Below, one piece after another: positions 22,799 to 34,430 of a DNA stretch of 64,000 nucleotides (the first letter of the stretch is position 1; every line of letters begins with the position of its first letter). Position numbers and translations under genes: made by a program. The notes below the pieces were generated by a model. It had not been told where the DNA came from. It did no database searches and worked only from the letters and a program-made list of their open reading frames with translations. This DNA comes from Eukaryota sp. TZLM1-RC (taxonomy: Eukaryota > Protista > Metamonada: BaSk clade). The DNA lies in the NCBI GenBank assembly GCA_040285825.1, contig JAUPSS010000012.1, positions 1 to 64,000 of the forward strand, written 5' to 3'.

Positions 22799-25700
22799 TT
22801 TTTTTTCTTCCTCTACATATAACCGTTTAACTTAAAACCTGGCTGAACCGAGATCATTGCTTCTATTCTTTCTTGTTGATGTCTGAATCAGTTTCTGATT
22901 CTAATGGAGTCAAAAGAAAGAACGATAGTCAACAAGATGCTCAAGACGTCCTTTCCACCTCTCCTCCTCAACCTCTTCTCTCTTCATTTTTGGACAAAAA
23001 AAAATTCTGATCAAGAATTTTTAGACAATCACGATGAAAAAAAAGTTTGTTCAAAAACAAAGCCACGCTCCTACAGATGCTCAAAGTGTCGACAACAGGG
23101 ACATAATGCTCGAACATGCCCCAATGTTGGAAAAAAATGATGCGGCAAATTCTGAAACAAAATGTAAAAGAAAATTTATTAGAAGGAAAGAGTCTAAGGT
23201 AGAACCCATAAATAATGCTCCACAAGTTGTTGCAAAACCAGTTAGCAATCGATTGAAGCACAAAACTTGCAACACTTGTGGTATTTCTTTTAGAAAAAAT
23301 GCAAAAGGAAAAACTTCTGATCGCTGCTTGAAATGCCGCATAGTTGATAACTACCATCCTCCTATAAGAATACCTCAAGAAATTCATCCGACCAAATGCA
23401 ATGAATTTGCTTTCGTTTTTCAAAGATTTTTGGATCAATTATGTAAAGGAAAGTATGCTATCAATATTATTTGGGAATTTTTTGGTTCTTTTTGTCCTCC
23501 TTTTGAACAAAATTTCGTTAATATTTCCGAAGATTTAACTAATATAGCACCGAGAAATCAGTCATCCGAGAAATTAAGTAAAATTTTTGAAGACAAATGC
23601 TTTGACAACAAATGGTCCAAGGCTTTGTCAGCTTTAAGTCCCGGAGTCAAAGCACCGAACAATGAAAATACAGTAGATAAACTGAAAATACTTCATCCTT
23701 ATGAAGACCCTATTATGGATCAAAATTTTTACGGCACATACTGGGAAAATTATCCATTGATGCCATCAGAAGTTTTTTTCGGTTATCAAAAAGAGACCTC
23801 GTGGTAAGTCTGCCGGACTTTCTGTTATTACTATTGATCATGTAAAAGCCGCGATTATTTCTTCAGAAGATTGCCTTGGTTTATTGACCAAATTTTTCAA
23901 CCAAATATTATCTGGTCAACGCAAGTACCCAGAAGAATTAAGAAGTTCTCGTTTGACTGCACTTGTCAAAAATTCAAAAATGGATGTTCGTCCTATTGCA
24001 GTCTCTGAGAGCTTACATAATATTTTTTTCTGCGTGTTGCTTAAGCAGGTTCAATGAAAAAGCTAAAAGATTTTATTACCCTTTCAATATGGTATAAATA
24101 CTACAGATGGAGTCTCTTCAGCGATTTTTGCTACTGATGTCTTATTTCGTCAAAATGAATCCAATGTTTGCATGTCATTGGATTTTTAGTAATGCTTTCA
24201 ATTCGCTAAGTCGTCGCAGTATCCATGGTGCTCTATTGCAATATATGCCAGAATTAATACCATATTTTCAATCAACATATTGCACATATTCTAATTTACA
24301 TTTTGGTAACAACATTTTGATTTCATCAAGTGGCGTAAAGCAAGGAGATCCGTTAGGACCTCTTTTGTTTTGTTTGGCCATTCATCCTATTCTACTGCAA
24401 ATTCAAGAGATGTTTCCTTCACTAAAAATGATTGCATATATGGATGATGTTGTGCTTATTGGTGAATTAAATATTGTGAAAAAGCAACTGTATGTTTTAA
24501 AGAATTATTTACCAAAATTGGTCTCCGACTTAATTTACTAAAATGTGTTTTGTTATCGAATTCTCCAGTTTCCACAATAATTGATGATATTGAAATTCAA
24601 GCCAAATTATATTCAATTGATGCTATTCGTCATTTGGGTTCGTTTTTAGGAAATAATGATGAAATTACCAAAAAATTGTTTGAAAAGTTGAACTCAATTT
24701 CTGACAAAATTGACCGAATGATGAATTTAGATATAAAAAAACACATCAAATTTACCATTATAAGACTGTGTTTTAGTTCCAATTTTAATCATATATTTCG
24801 ATCTACAAATCCTCTCGTCACTAGACCTTTGGCTCAAAAGTTTAATGAGTTACGTGCAAAAAGTTCTGTCTCAATTACTGGGATGTAAAATGTTTCAAAT
24901 TCCAGATCATGCTTACCTTAGTCCACAATATGGTGGTTTAGGGTGGACGAAGGCTTCTATTCTTACCTCGTGTGCTTTTTGTTGGTGGATGCAGAAATGC
25001 AATCTTTGAGGTCTCCGAAAGATTTGCAGATTGGGAAGATTTATTGATGACAACGCAAAAGTTCCACTGTTTTTGCATTAAATGAAGAAATTTCAAGAAT
25101 TGATGTAGAAAAATGGGGTCGATGTTTTCCCCAATCATTCAATGGCAATATTCCAGAAAAAAATGTTTTAAATTTGAAGTACACTCTTCGAACATTACAG
25201 AAAAGATTGACTGGAATGTATGAAAAAGATCTTTATAATAATATTTGCAGCTCGGCTGTTTTAAATCAAGATCTTCACTCATTGTTATTGGAAAAGGGTG
25301 TTTGTGAAAACAAGGTGTCAGATTCTTCACTTTTTGTAACCATTGTACCACGAAGATTTGGATTGTGTGCTACTAATGAAGCATTTGTAACAAAAATGAG
25401 ATTATATTTGAACATCCCCATTAGCCAATTATTATCAAAAGAAAAATGTATTTGTTCGAATTCACCTCAACTCACTTTGCGCCATGCTCTAAATTGCTCT
25501 AAATTGATAACTTATCGTTCTTCATTACATGATGCTGTTAGAGACACTGTTTTCTATATGGCACAAACTGCAAGGATATCGTGTATCAAAGAGCCCCTGC
25601 TGAAAGAAACACTTTCCCTGAATAATTTTGGTTCTGATGATAGAGGTGATGTATACTGTGATTGGATTGATAATTCTGAAGCTATTGTTGACTTTGTCTC

Positions 25701-26137
25701 ATGTAATGTTGCAAACGATACTTTGGTTCACAGAAGAAAACTTAATCCTGTGGCTGCTCTGGATTTTAAAGCAAAAGAAAAACATAGAAAATATGATAAA
25801 GAAATTGAAGATGCAAATATCGATAGAAATACACAGCTGGTTTTTATTGCTTTCCCATTTTCGATAAATGGAAGATTATCAGTTGAAGCAGAAACTTTTT
25901 TGGATGACTTCCAAAAAATGGTGAAAGAAAAAACAATGAAAAGATTTGATATTTTTTTATGGCGTTCACGGATTCAATTTGCCATTATTAATAGATTACC
26001 GCGGTTTTTCAATCGAATTAGAGTTGCTTTAGCTAGACAGCAAGCAAATCAAGATTTTGTAGAGGAAATCTTGGTTTAATGATAGTCGTCCCATTAGTTA
26101 TGATTTAATTTAATCAAGTGTGCAAATTCAATAAATT
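22799..26137 (+). mobile_element. Near full-length CRE-like non-LTR retrotransposon, family A (single ORF ~22879-26079: Zn knuckle - RT - RLE)
   Basis: CCHC knuckle CSKCRQQGHNARTC; RT motifs (L)DFSNAFN, GVKQGDPLGPLLF and YMDD; RLE motifs CIC..HALNC, LHDAVRD, RGDV, VDF and KHRKY. TSD AAAAACTGAAT at 22788-22798 and 26138-26148. Confidence 0.93.
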
Positions 26138-26238
26138 AAAAACTGAATGAAATTCCGTTCATTTGCACGTTTTATACATTCAGCATCATTCTATTGTAGC
26201 AGCATATTGGTAAACTTTCCAATATATTGTTCACACAT

Positions 26239-27432
26239 ATGACAAATTCACCTGCCCCTTTGAATACCTTTATCAATGCCGAAGCTGAAAGGACGATATC
26301 TGTGCTCAAAGAGGCAGCTCAAAAAGCTGAAGCTCTTTCCCTCGTTGCTACCAACATCCAACCCCAACTTTCCACTCTAAAGTCCATAGATCCAGTCACC
26401 ACGGATCAGATACTCCACTTCTTTGACCTTCAACACCAATACACAGAACTCTTTTCTTCCATAGGCCATGGTTCAAGAGTTAGACTGGAAGCGTCCACTG
26501 AATATTCTGAACTCGTAAGTGACATTAGAAGCACTGTTCGGAACTTTTGTTCTCGGATCATCCGTCACCAAGACTACCTCGATGTTCTCTCAATGGGAAA
26601 AGAGGACGACCATTTGGCACAATTCAAGCACACGCTGTTAGAGCTAACTAGACTGACGTCAGCAAAGGTCAAAAGTATCAAGAAATCTGAAGATCAAGAT
26701 GCGCTTAAAGACGAAGAATTATCATCACTAATGATCAAGCAATCCAAAGTAACTGATGAAATCAACCGCTTAAAAACTGATCAATCAAGACAACGATCAG
26801 ATAACGTCATCATCCAGCAATCAAAAGCAGAATTGATTAGGAAACTTAAGGGTCAGATTGAAGAGTTGGATTCATCTAGTCAAAGCTCACTATCAGAAAT
26901 CTTTTCAGTCAACAAGATTCAACGGGAAACAGCTCAAAAAGAATTTGAAAATCAACGCCAATCACTAATCGAGGAACGTGATAGGTTGCTGAAACAGTGG
27001 ACCTCGGAGGTTGAATCTCACACGACTTCAGAGGCTGAAGCTCGAACGCTGAAAATGCAAAAATTGAAAATAGCACAAAAATGGATTGACGATTATGATA
27101 ATGTTATGTTTGAAAAGCAAGGTTCGTATGACGAATTGAAAGCAAAATATGATCAGGTCCATGAGAAACTAGGTGAGTTATCAGCCAAATGGAACGAGAT
27201 AGATCGACTTGAAGCTTTGGAAGAAGAAAAAAGGAAAAAAGAAGAAGAGAAACAGCAGCATTTGAAATATATTAAATCAGTAATTATAATTCAATCTTTA
27301 TGGCGAAGGCACCAGGTTCTAAAAGTGCACGGTCCAATGGTGAAAGCTGCAATTGATAAATTAAAACCAAAGAAAAAAGGTAAGAAAAAAGGCAAAAAAG
27401 GGAAGAAGGGAAAGAAAAAAGGGAAAAAATAA
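26239..27432 (+). CDS. DRC10: Dynein regulatory complex subunit 10 (IQCD-like)
   Basis: Long coiled coil, WIDDYDNVMFEKQ, C-terminal IQ motif IIIQSLWRRH and a KKKGKKKGKKGK tail. Confidence 0.75.
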   Translation: MTNSPAPLNTFINAEAERTISVLKEAAQKAEALSLVATNIQPQLSTLKSIDPVTTDQILHFFDLQHQYTELFSSIGHGSRVRLEASTEYSELVSDIRSTVRNFCSRIIRHQDYLDVLSMGKEDDHLAQFKHTLLELTRLTSAKVKSIKKSEDQDALKDEELSSLMIKQSKVTDEINRLKTDQSRQRSDNVIIQQSKAELIRKLKGQIEELDSSSQSSLSEIFSVNKIQRETAQKEFENQRQSLIEERDRLLKQWTSEVESHTTSEAEARTLKMQKLKIAQKWIDDYDNVMFEKQGSYDELKAKYDQVHEKLGELSAKWNEIDRLEALEEEKRKKEEEKQQHLKYIKSVIIIQSLWRRHQVLKVHGPMVKAAIDKLKPKKKGKKKGKKGKKGKKKGKK

Positions 27433-27523
27433 TTTTATTTCATTTGTATTTTTAGCTGGATTATTTCTTAAAAAAACTATAAATAATCATTATTATTTTT
27501 AATTTAATTATATTATGTACATT

Positions 27524-29573
27524 TTATTTCTCTTGTATACTTTCAACATATTCACTGTTCCAAATCGAAAATCTTTCCATCAAAATTGACTGTTGGTAAG
27601 TGAAGGAACAAGAATTTAATAACCATTGTAAAAATTCAAAAGAAAGTTGGGTTAATTCAAAATTATCAGTTCTAAAAGAATTTCTGATTAAAAAAAGAGG
27701 CAAAAGGTCTACATTGAACAATAAATTCAGAAACAGCATCAAATTTAATTAATTTGGATAAAATCATTAACCCTGCCTTGGAGAATTCAATTTTGTCAAT
27801 TTTATTAAACATTAACTCAACAATTCTTGCAGGTATTTTAAACTGTAATAAATAACCATATACACAATCAAATTGAAATATTCTTCCTAATAAAGTTAGG
27901 GCCATAAAAATTAGTGAATCAGAGTTCAATGAAAAACAATTAACTAAAAATTGAATAAAATCTCGAGATACTTTTTGAGAAATTATTGAAGTTATTTGAG
28001 GGTTACAAACTTCACTATAATCTAATACTTCAGTTAAACAATACAAAACAGTCAAAATGTCTCTTTTTTGACTTACATCACGTGGCCTGTCATCAATTAA
28101 AACGGAAACTGATGATCCGAAATAGGTTATAAACCTATCAATCATAACGTCATCAACTTGACGTGATTGCTCGCTGAAAAGATTAGAAACTAGGGCTAAA
28201 AGTAAAGGGTCTTTACTCTTTAGAGCAAGATCAAACACATCATCAAAAGTTTTTGACCGGTCAAAAAGTCTTTGGAATTCTGAATCTAACGATAATTGAT
28301 AAATAATTTTCGTTACGTAATTAAAATCACTTAATAATACCTTATTATCACCAGAATTAAACATTTTGTCAACAATAAAGGTCAACATTTTCACCAATAC
28401 AGGCACAATTCCTTCACTTAAAGCATTTTGTCTCAATTGATCATTGTGGAACAAATTAATTAAAACTTTAAAAACCGAATTTTTAAATTCTGACGGAATA
28501 TTTGGGTATTTGTCAAGAATAGTAACCAGAAAAGACAACAAATTGGAATTGAACAATAACTCAACCCAAAATTTAACCAATGAAAGCCTCTGAATAATTA
28601 ATAAACATAACCAGCTCAAAATAGGGTCCTGTATTTTTAAAATCAAAAATAATTTGGAGATAAACTTACTGGTATCAATATTTGAAAGGAAACTGTCAGA
28701 ACCATCAATCAAGTTGATAATCATCGCCAAATAAGCAGTCAGCAACCTCGTTTGATTGCGAACTTTAATGACGTCACGGTCAATGGAACTGCCCTCTTTT
28801 TTCTTTTCTTTAATATCATTTTGTAAAACTCTAAATCTTTTAACCTCAGTACTCAAATATTTTAAAATCATTGAATCAACATCATAATCAGACAAAAAAT
28901 GGATAAAATCTTCATAATATGAAAAAGACAAAAAAGATAACGAAATGTACAAAGAAAGAGACACACTTTTCTTGTAATCTTCAGATAAAGTTCTTGACAA
29001 AGCCGAGATGACAGCGTGGTTTGATGTAACTAATGGTATATTGGATGGTTTCAAAGCAAGACAAGCAATGTGAGCCGCTCCGTCCTCCTTGTCAGAAAGC
29101 TCGTTGTAGAAAAGAGAGAGATAAGAATCAAGTTGATTTGTGGTAGCCGGAAGCGAGAGAATGTTGAGGAAGGGAAAAGGGGTTGGTGAAGGGGTGTCGT
29201 TGGACTTTCGTGATGTAGCGGATGATGTAGTTCGTGAAGAGTGACGTGAGGTTGGGATCTGCAGAGGGGGTGGAGCGAAGAGAGATCGTTGTAATTGTTG
29301 AAGTAATTGTGTGACTAACGGAGTTTGTTTGGAAGAGACAATCTTGGAAAGCTTTTGGACGATTTCCACGGCGAGTTCAGAGGCATTGGTCTCAGCAGTG
29401 ATGAGATGCTCCAATTTCACTATCTTCTCCTTAGGTTGCGTAGAAGAACTTATCACTTGTGTGTTTGCATCAAGCTGATTAACCTCGAGGTCATATTTGA
29501 CTCGCAAACATTTCTGTTGTGTATCAAGCTCTATAGGACCTGGTATTACCCTTTTGGACTCATGGGTGGCCAT
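27524..29573 (-). CDS. KIFAP3: Kinesin-II associated protein KAP3 (ARM repeats); apparent frameshift near 27690
   Basis: N-terminal GPIELD..LRVKYDLEV..KIVKL, LDSYLSLFYNEL and ALSRTLSEDYKKSVSL. The KAP3-like C-terminus (RFSIWNSEYVESI) lies in the overlapping ORF 27524-27742 after an A-run. Confidence 0.85.
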
Positions 29574-30012
29574 TGCAAATGAGATTTCGCAATTTTTGAG
29601 ATTTGATCCTGGATAATTTTCAATCTCTAAACTTCACCATAATGTTAGTTTAAAACATTACAATAAATTCGCGTCGTTGCGGCGAGAGACGATCTGACGC
29701 AATGTGACACGCATCACTCTATTTTTTGAGTTTTTTATATCACATTGTCACACAGAATAATAAAAGTTAATATGAAGACAAATGTCACCATCAGAACTTG
29801 ATTTGAAACAGCTTTTTGATCTTTAGTTTCAAGACTGTCGTGTGATTTACAAAGACTTAACACATATTTTGTTTCATCTTGTTCAATTAATGTTATTAGG
29901 TTAAGCCTGTTCCTTTCACTGAACACTGTCCAACATGGGGGCATTATTTTCGTTACCCAATTGACAGCAGTGAATTCCCAATCAAATAGATTTTGATTGA
30001 AAACACAACACA

Positions 30013-32244
30013 ATGCATGACTTTCTTGCCAATCTCGAAAGTCATCAGCAGTACACTGCCTACTTCGACTACCTCAACACTCTCAATGAACCTCTGACAT
30101 CAGCTTTATATGATTCACTGTATAACTTTCTCAAATCACCAGATGGCGATCTCCTTTCCTCCAAGGAATGTGTTTCCAGTCTAGCGCACCTCTTTTCAAA
30201 TACCATCGTTATTACTGATGATGTAGTACATCCACTCACTCTTTTGCTTTTTCACAACTACCTTTCGTCCACTTCCTTCTCATCTCTTTCACAACCTTTG
30301 TCCTCTCTACTTCGAAGACACCCTGCACCTCCGCCCTTGATCATTTCATCGTGTACCTCAGCTCTTTCTTCTGTTCATACCCCATCAAAAAACATTGATT
30401 TTCTTCGTCTTGTTCCCTCCCTTTTAGCCAACTCTGCTACCCCTGAACGCTCCCGTCTCCTCACATTCACTCTCAACTGCACCACCTCTCCATCCTCCCA
30501 CGTACGTCTCCTGGTCTCTCAATCCCTTCCTTACCTAGCTTCCTTAGTGGTGGCGGACCCTTCAAAGCTTAAATCCCAAAGAGCGAAGCATCTCAATATT
30601 GAACTGGCCAATAAAATACTTGGTAGTGCTTCAGCTCTACTTTCAGATTCCACTTCTATCGTAAAGATTTCCACCTATAAGGCTTCTATTCTTGTTTTGG
30701 ATTCTCTTCCAATTACCCCTCTGAGTGGTTCATTAGCATCTAAGTTAACTGACCTTGTCGGTGTTTGGTCAAGGGAATTCAAAGGAAAATTTGATTGGTT
30801 GGTGATGGGAGGATTGACTGTGGTTATAGGAAATAAGTTTAGTGAATATTTTACCAAATTTTCGAATGGATTGATGCAACAACTGAAAGTATCAGAGTCG
30901 TCCCAAGTCAAGGATATGGTCTTTAAAAGTTTGAAATTTTTGTCGATTTCGTCATTGAAGAGCTCAACTAATGTGGTAAAATTTTTAACTTTTTGTGACG
31001 AAATTTTTATATCGTTTCGTGAATTATTGTACAATTTTAATAATAATTTTGAAATCAATGTGGATTCTAAGGTTGAATTTACTGTCGATTGTTCCGTCAT
31101 TTATTCAGTATTATTGCCTTTTTTTAAGATTTATTTTTCGGACAACAATTCCAAAATTTTGGTACTGTCAAATTTATTCGAACTTTTCTTGTTGATCTCT
31201 ACTGCCACATGTTTACAGTCTCCTCATTATCTTCCCAAAATTTTGTCCAAATTCTTACACATGATCTCTTCTAGTTTGACTGATGAGGATCAATCAGTTG
31301 TCAAGTTGTCAGTTGATCTCTTTTCCTTAATCTTATTAATTCTTTCTCGACCAGTCATTTCCAAAATATCATTCAATCGGAAACTGATTTCGGTATTTTT
31401 AACCGGGTCAAGTACATCACGTGCCTTGATTGGTCTTGCCCAACCTTTATTGGACGCACATTTCAAGCTTTCATATTCCTCTTGGCGCCAAAGATTGGTA
31501 TACTGTAGGTTCATTCAAACATTGATCTCTTTTATGGGTTCACGAGAAAATTTAGACTTTTTTTCAGGTCTAAGTTCATTATTGAATTCGAATTTTCAAA
31601 TTAAGGACCAAAGGGGTAATCAATTGCAACTTCCTTTTATATTGACTGAGCAAATTATGGAGAAAATTGCTCAAAAGTATCACGTGATCAAAGGTCAAAA
31701 AGCGATAAATTTAATTGATGAATTAATTCTTTCTTTTTCGTCACGTAATTCAACAGAGCAAGTCGTTTTTGTTACGTGTTGTGGAATCATTTCAGAAAAA
31801 TGTTCATTTAGTCTCTTCAAAACTAAATTTTTGGCTAAATTTTTGGAAGTTGTCAACGATCCCCAATTGATCTCTTCTGTATCGAATAGAGCTCAAATAG
31901 GACAAGCAATCTACAATGTCAAAATTTCCTTAGTCACTGGATCAAGACTAACTAATTCCAAATCTTTGTTTTCTTTTGTAGTTGATTTGGAATCTGTTTT
32001 TGACTCAATTCAGAATAGCTTGAACACACATCTCATTGAAAACTTTACCTCTCTCGGTATTTCAGAGTCACTTGTCTTGTGGGATCAAGAAGAAGAATCA
32101 AGAAGGATATCACGGGAGCAATCAAATCTGATTGCAATCAAGGGGGATGATTTGATTGGAAATGATTCGAGGTTACCAGTCAAAGGTTTATCACCTCAAA
32201 AAACTGCCCAAATCGATAAAAAAATACAATCCTTTGTTGTTTAA
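30013..32244 (+). CDS. HEAT/ARM-repeat protein (743 aa), possibly a phosphatase regulatory subunit
   Basis: Leu-rich helical repeats with HEAT-like segments SSHVRLLVSQSL, LLSDSTSIVK and SSWRQRLVY. Confidence 0.6.
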   Translation: MHDFLANLESHQQYTAYFDYLNTLNEPLTSALYDSLYNFLKSPDGDLLSSKECVSSLAHLFSNTIVITDDVVHPLTLLLFHNYLSSTSFSSLSQPLSSLLRRHPAPPPLIISSCTSALSSVHTPSKNIDFLRLVPSLLANSATPERSRLLTFTLNCTTSPSSHVRLLVSQSLPYLASLVVADPSKLKSQRAKHLNIELANKILGSASALLSDSTSIVKISTYKASILVLDSLPITPLSGSLASKLTDLVGVWSREFKGKFDWLVMGGLTVVIGNKFSEYFTKFSNGLMQQLKVSESSQVKDMVFKSLKFLSISSLKSSTNVVKFLTFCDEIFISFRELLYNFNNNFEINVDSKVEFTVDCSVIYSVLLPFFKIYFSDNNSKILVLSNLFELFLLISTATCLQSPHYLPKILSKFLHMISSSLTDEDQSVVKLSVDLFSLILLILSRPVISKISFNRKLISVFLTGSSTSRALIGLAQPLLDAHFKLSYSSWRQRLVYCRFIQTLISFMGSRENLDFFSGLSSLLNSNFQIKDQRGNQLQLPFILTEQIMEKIAQKYHVIKGQKAINLIDELILSFSSRNSTEQVVFVTCCGIISEKCSFSLFKTKFLAKFLEVVNDPQLISSVSNRAQIGQAIYNVKISLVTGSRLTNSKSLFSFVVDLESVFDSIQNSLNTHLIENFTSLGISESLVLWDQEEESRRISREQSNLIAIKGDDLIGNDSRLPVKGLSPQKTAQIDKKIQSFVV

Positions 32245-32524
32245 AATAATAATGTTCTTTTTTCAGGAAACAATTTTTCTTTATTACACAATTCTATTTT
32301 TATGTTTTTATTTAAAAAACTTTTAATTTGTTTAATTGTAATAATAGAGTGTATTTTACATCTTTGTCCATATTATTTCTTATTAGTAGATTTATTTTGA
32401 AATAAATGAATTTAATTGTATTTAATATTCTAAAAAATAACAAAAAATATATTCATCTTAATTAAATATTTTACAATTCAATCTCTCCTATATATCACCA
32501 TCAACATTACTATTTGGTACAAAT

Positions 32525-33031
32525 CTACTTATCATGATCAGGGTCGATGTCAAATTCACTATACAATGTTTTCACAGTCACCCCTCTGGCTGTAGCTATC
32601 TGTTGAAGTTGATTGTGAACAAAATCCCTCAAGTCATTGTAATCATGCAATAACCTGTGCTTTTCAGCTTCATATGGAGATTTGGTAGAGGGTTTCTTCT
32701 GTTGTGACAGTTGAAATAGCTTCATCTTGGCTTGCTTCAATTGGGAGGTTGCCTTCCTGACTTCATCCTTGAGTCTGTCTGTGCTACAACTGTCAAGCTG
32801 CTGCTGCACTTGATCATACTGTTGCAGTAGCTCGTTGTAGTTCTGATCTGGAAAACTGTGGCAAGGGAGGGCTATGCAGTCCTGTTCGAGTTCTGGTATG
32901 TGAAAACTAGTTAGGACTTTTGCTTCAAGGAGGGAGTCAATATCAGAAGGAGTAAAGCCACATGTGAGCATTTCGGATTTTGGTATAACACCACTGGTTG
33001 ATATGTTTGGCAGTAAGTGTAGTTTCTGCAT
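32525..33031 (-). CDS. SWI5: Swi5/Sae3 recombination mediator
   Basis: C-terminal LLHDYNDLRD...IATARGVTVKTLYSEFDI matches the Swi5 signature. Confidence 0.8.
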   Translation of the reverse strand: MQKLHLLPNISTSGVIPKSEMLTCGFTPSDIDSLLEAKVLTSFHIPELEQDCIALPCHSFPDQNYNELLQQYDQVQQQLDSCSTDRLKDEVRKATSQLKQAKMKLFQLSQQKKPSTKSPYEAEKHRLLHDYNDLRDFVHNQLQQIATARGVTVKTLYSEFDIDPDHDK

Positions 33032-33227
33032 GACTTGAATTGAAAGGAAGGCAAACTACATCAATCTGTGGTTTTGAAATGCATACTTTCGTCAAGCATC
33101 ATTCAAACTTATTCCAATAACTTTCATTCTTGGTGAGACCGTCCACAGATGTTCGAGAATCCTCGAATAATTGGCCACCAATCTCAGTGAGCCCATTTCT
33201 CCTCTAGAACAATACGTAACTTTGAAG

Positions 33228-34196
33228 CTAGTTTCTTTGTGGTCTCTGGAACGCTTCTGGTCTTGTTCCATAGTAGTGTTCAATAATTGCAATCTCTAGC
33301 TGATTTAGTGATGTAGAAATGTCTCTAGACCAAACTTGATTACATTCCGGACAACTCAAATAGGCGGTGTGAACTTTAACTTCGCCATCATCTTCTAGAT
33401 AGATCTTTAGGTGTAGCATCTTGCAGCAGTTCACCTTTACAGATACCATATATTCATCTCCGATCTTCACATTAGCAAATGAACATTGTAACAACTTGAG
33501 AAACGCCTTACGTGGTGTTTTCATATTTTGACGTGATGTACATCATCTCCATTGCCAAATCACACCTTTACTTCTCGACCATCTGCAAATTTTTTCACTT
33601 TGTGGATAAGTGAGCTGAATCTTCTCTGTTTTCTTATAAAGAAGTCAATTGTGTTTCTCCTCAATGCTTTTCGAGCACTCAGATATAATTGTTGCTTTAG
33701 CGATGATCGTTTTACGTTATTACCTTCATAGTCCTTATAGTCATCGATAGTTGATATTTCAAGCAGATAATGGTTCAATTTCTGCACGTCATAAACATCT
33801 ATTGATGCGTGGGTCAGTGAAGCGGAGTGATTGATTTTCGTTGCTTTGGAGCTAAAAAGATAATGGATACAGTCGGCCCTGAACGTGTTCCAATGTTGGC
33901 ACCACATAGATTTGAGTGGTTGGGGATGATGGCTCAGAATACCATTTCCGTTTCATCGTCAGGTGCCTGCCACTCAGTAGCTTTAGGTTTCAGGCGAGGT
34001 CTTGGCCGTTCAACCTTGGCTTGCAAGGTATGTTTTCTATTCCGAGTGGTTTCGCAGTAATCAAGTTCCCCAAAAAGTTTTTATGAGCCGAAGCTTCTCT
34101 AGACAATCTCACTCGTGCTGCTTTTGGGTGGGGTGAGAAAGTTATACGGACACTACCACCACTATCACTCACCTTTAGAAGACATGGTGTAGTCAT
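33228..34196 (-). pseudogene. Degenerate Fanzor1-like gene
   Basis: In order across frameshifts: SDSGGSVRITF, AIIPNHSNL (decayed RuvC-I), FFIRKQRRFSSL, V*FGNG, TPRKAFLKLL, GDEYMVS, CPEC, WSRDISTSLN, GTRPEAFQR. Confidence 0.72.
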
Positions 34197-34430
34197 TAGC
34201 TTTTGTTCTAAAAAATAAATAGGGGTTTTTCAAAGTTGTTTGTGATGTGTTTTTGTAGATAAAATGGTTGACAACCCATATGGAAAAAGGAACAGATGCA
34301 GGCTTCAAACTAGCGATGGGAGTGAGTCTCTGTCGTCTGAAGGTATGCGGTAATGCTTGAAATGGATTTGCATTACGTCATTCGAGTTTACAATACAGTA
34401 AATAAGAGAAATATTTTACACCTTACTACA

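Noticed and set aside
27524-27742. Separate 72-aa gene, or programmed frameshifting in KAP3
   Set aside because: It encodes the expected KAP3 C-terminus and the shift sits in an A-run; most likely a homopolymer sequencing error.
29668-29720. GC-rich patch between divergent KAP3 and HEAT genes as an ncRNA
   Set aside because: Only a 5-bp potential stem and no tRNA/snRNA features; more simply a promoter region.
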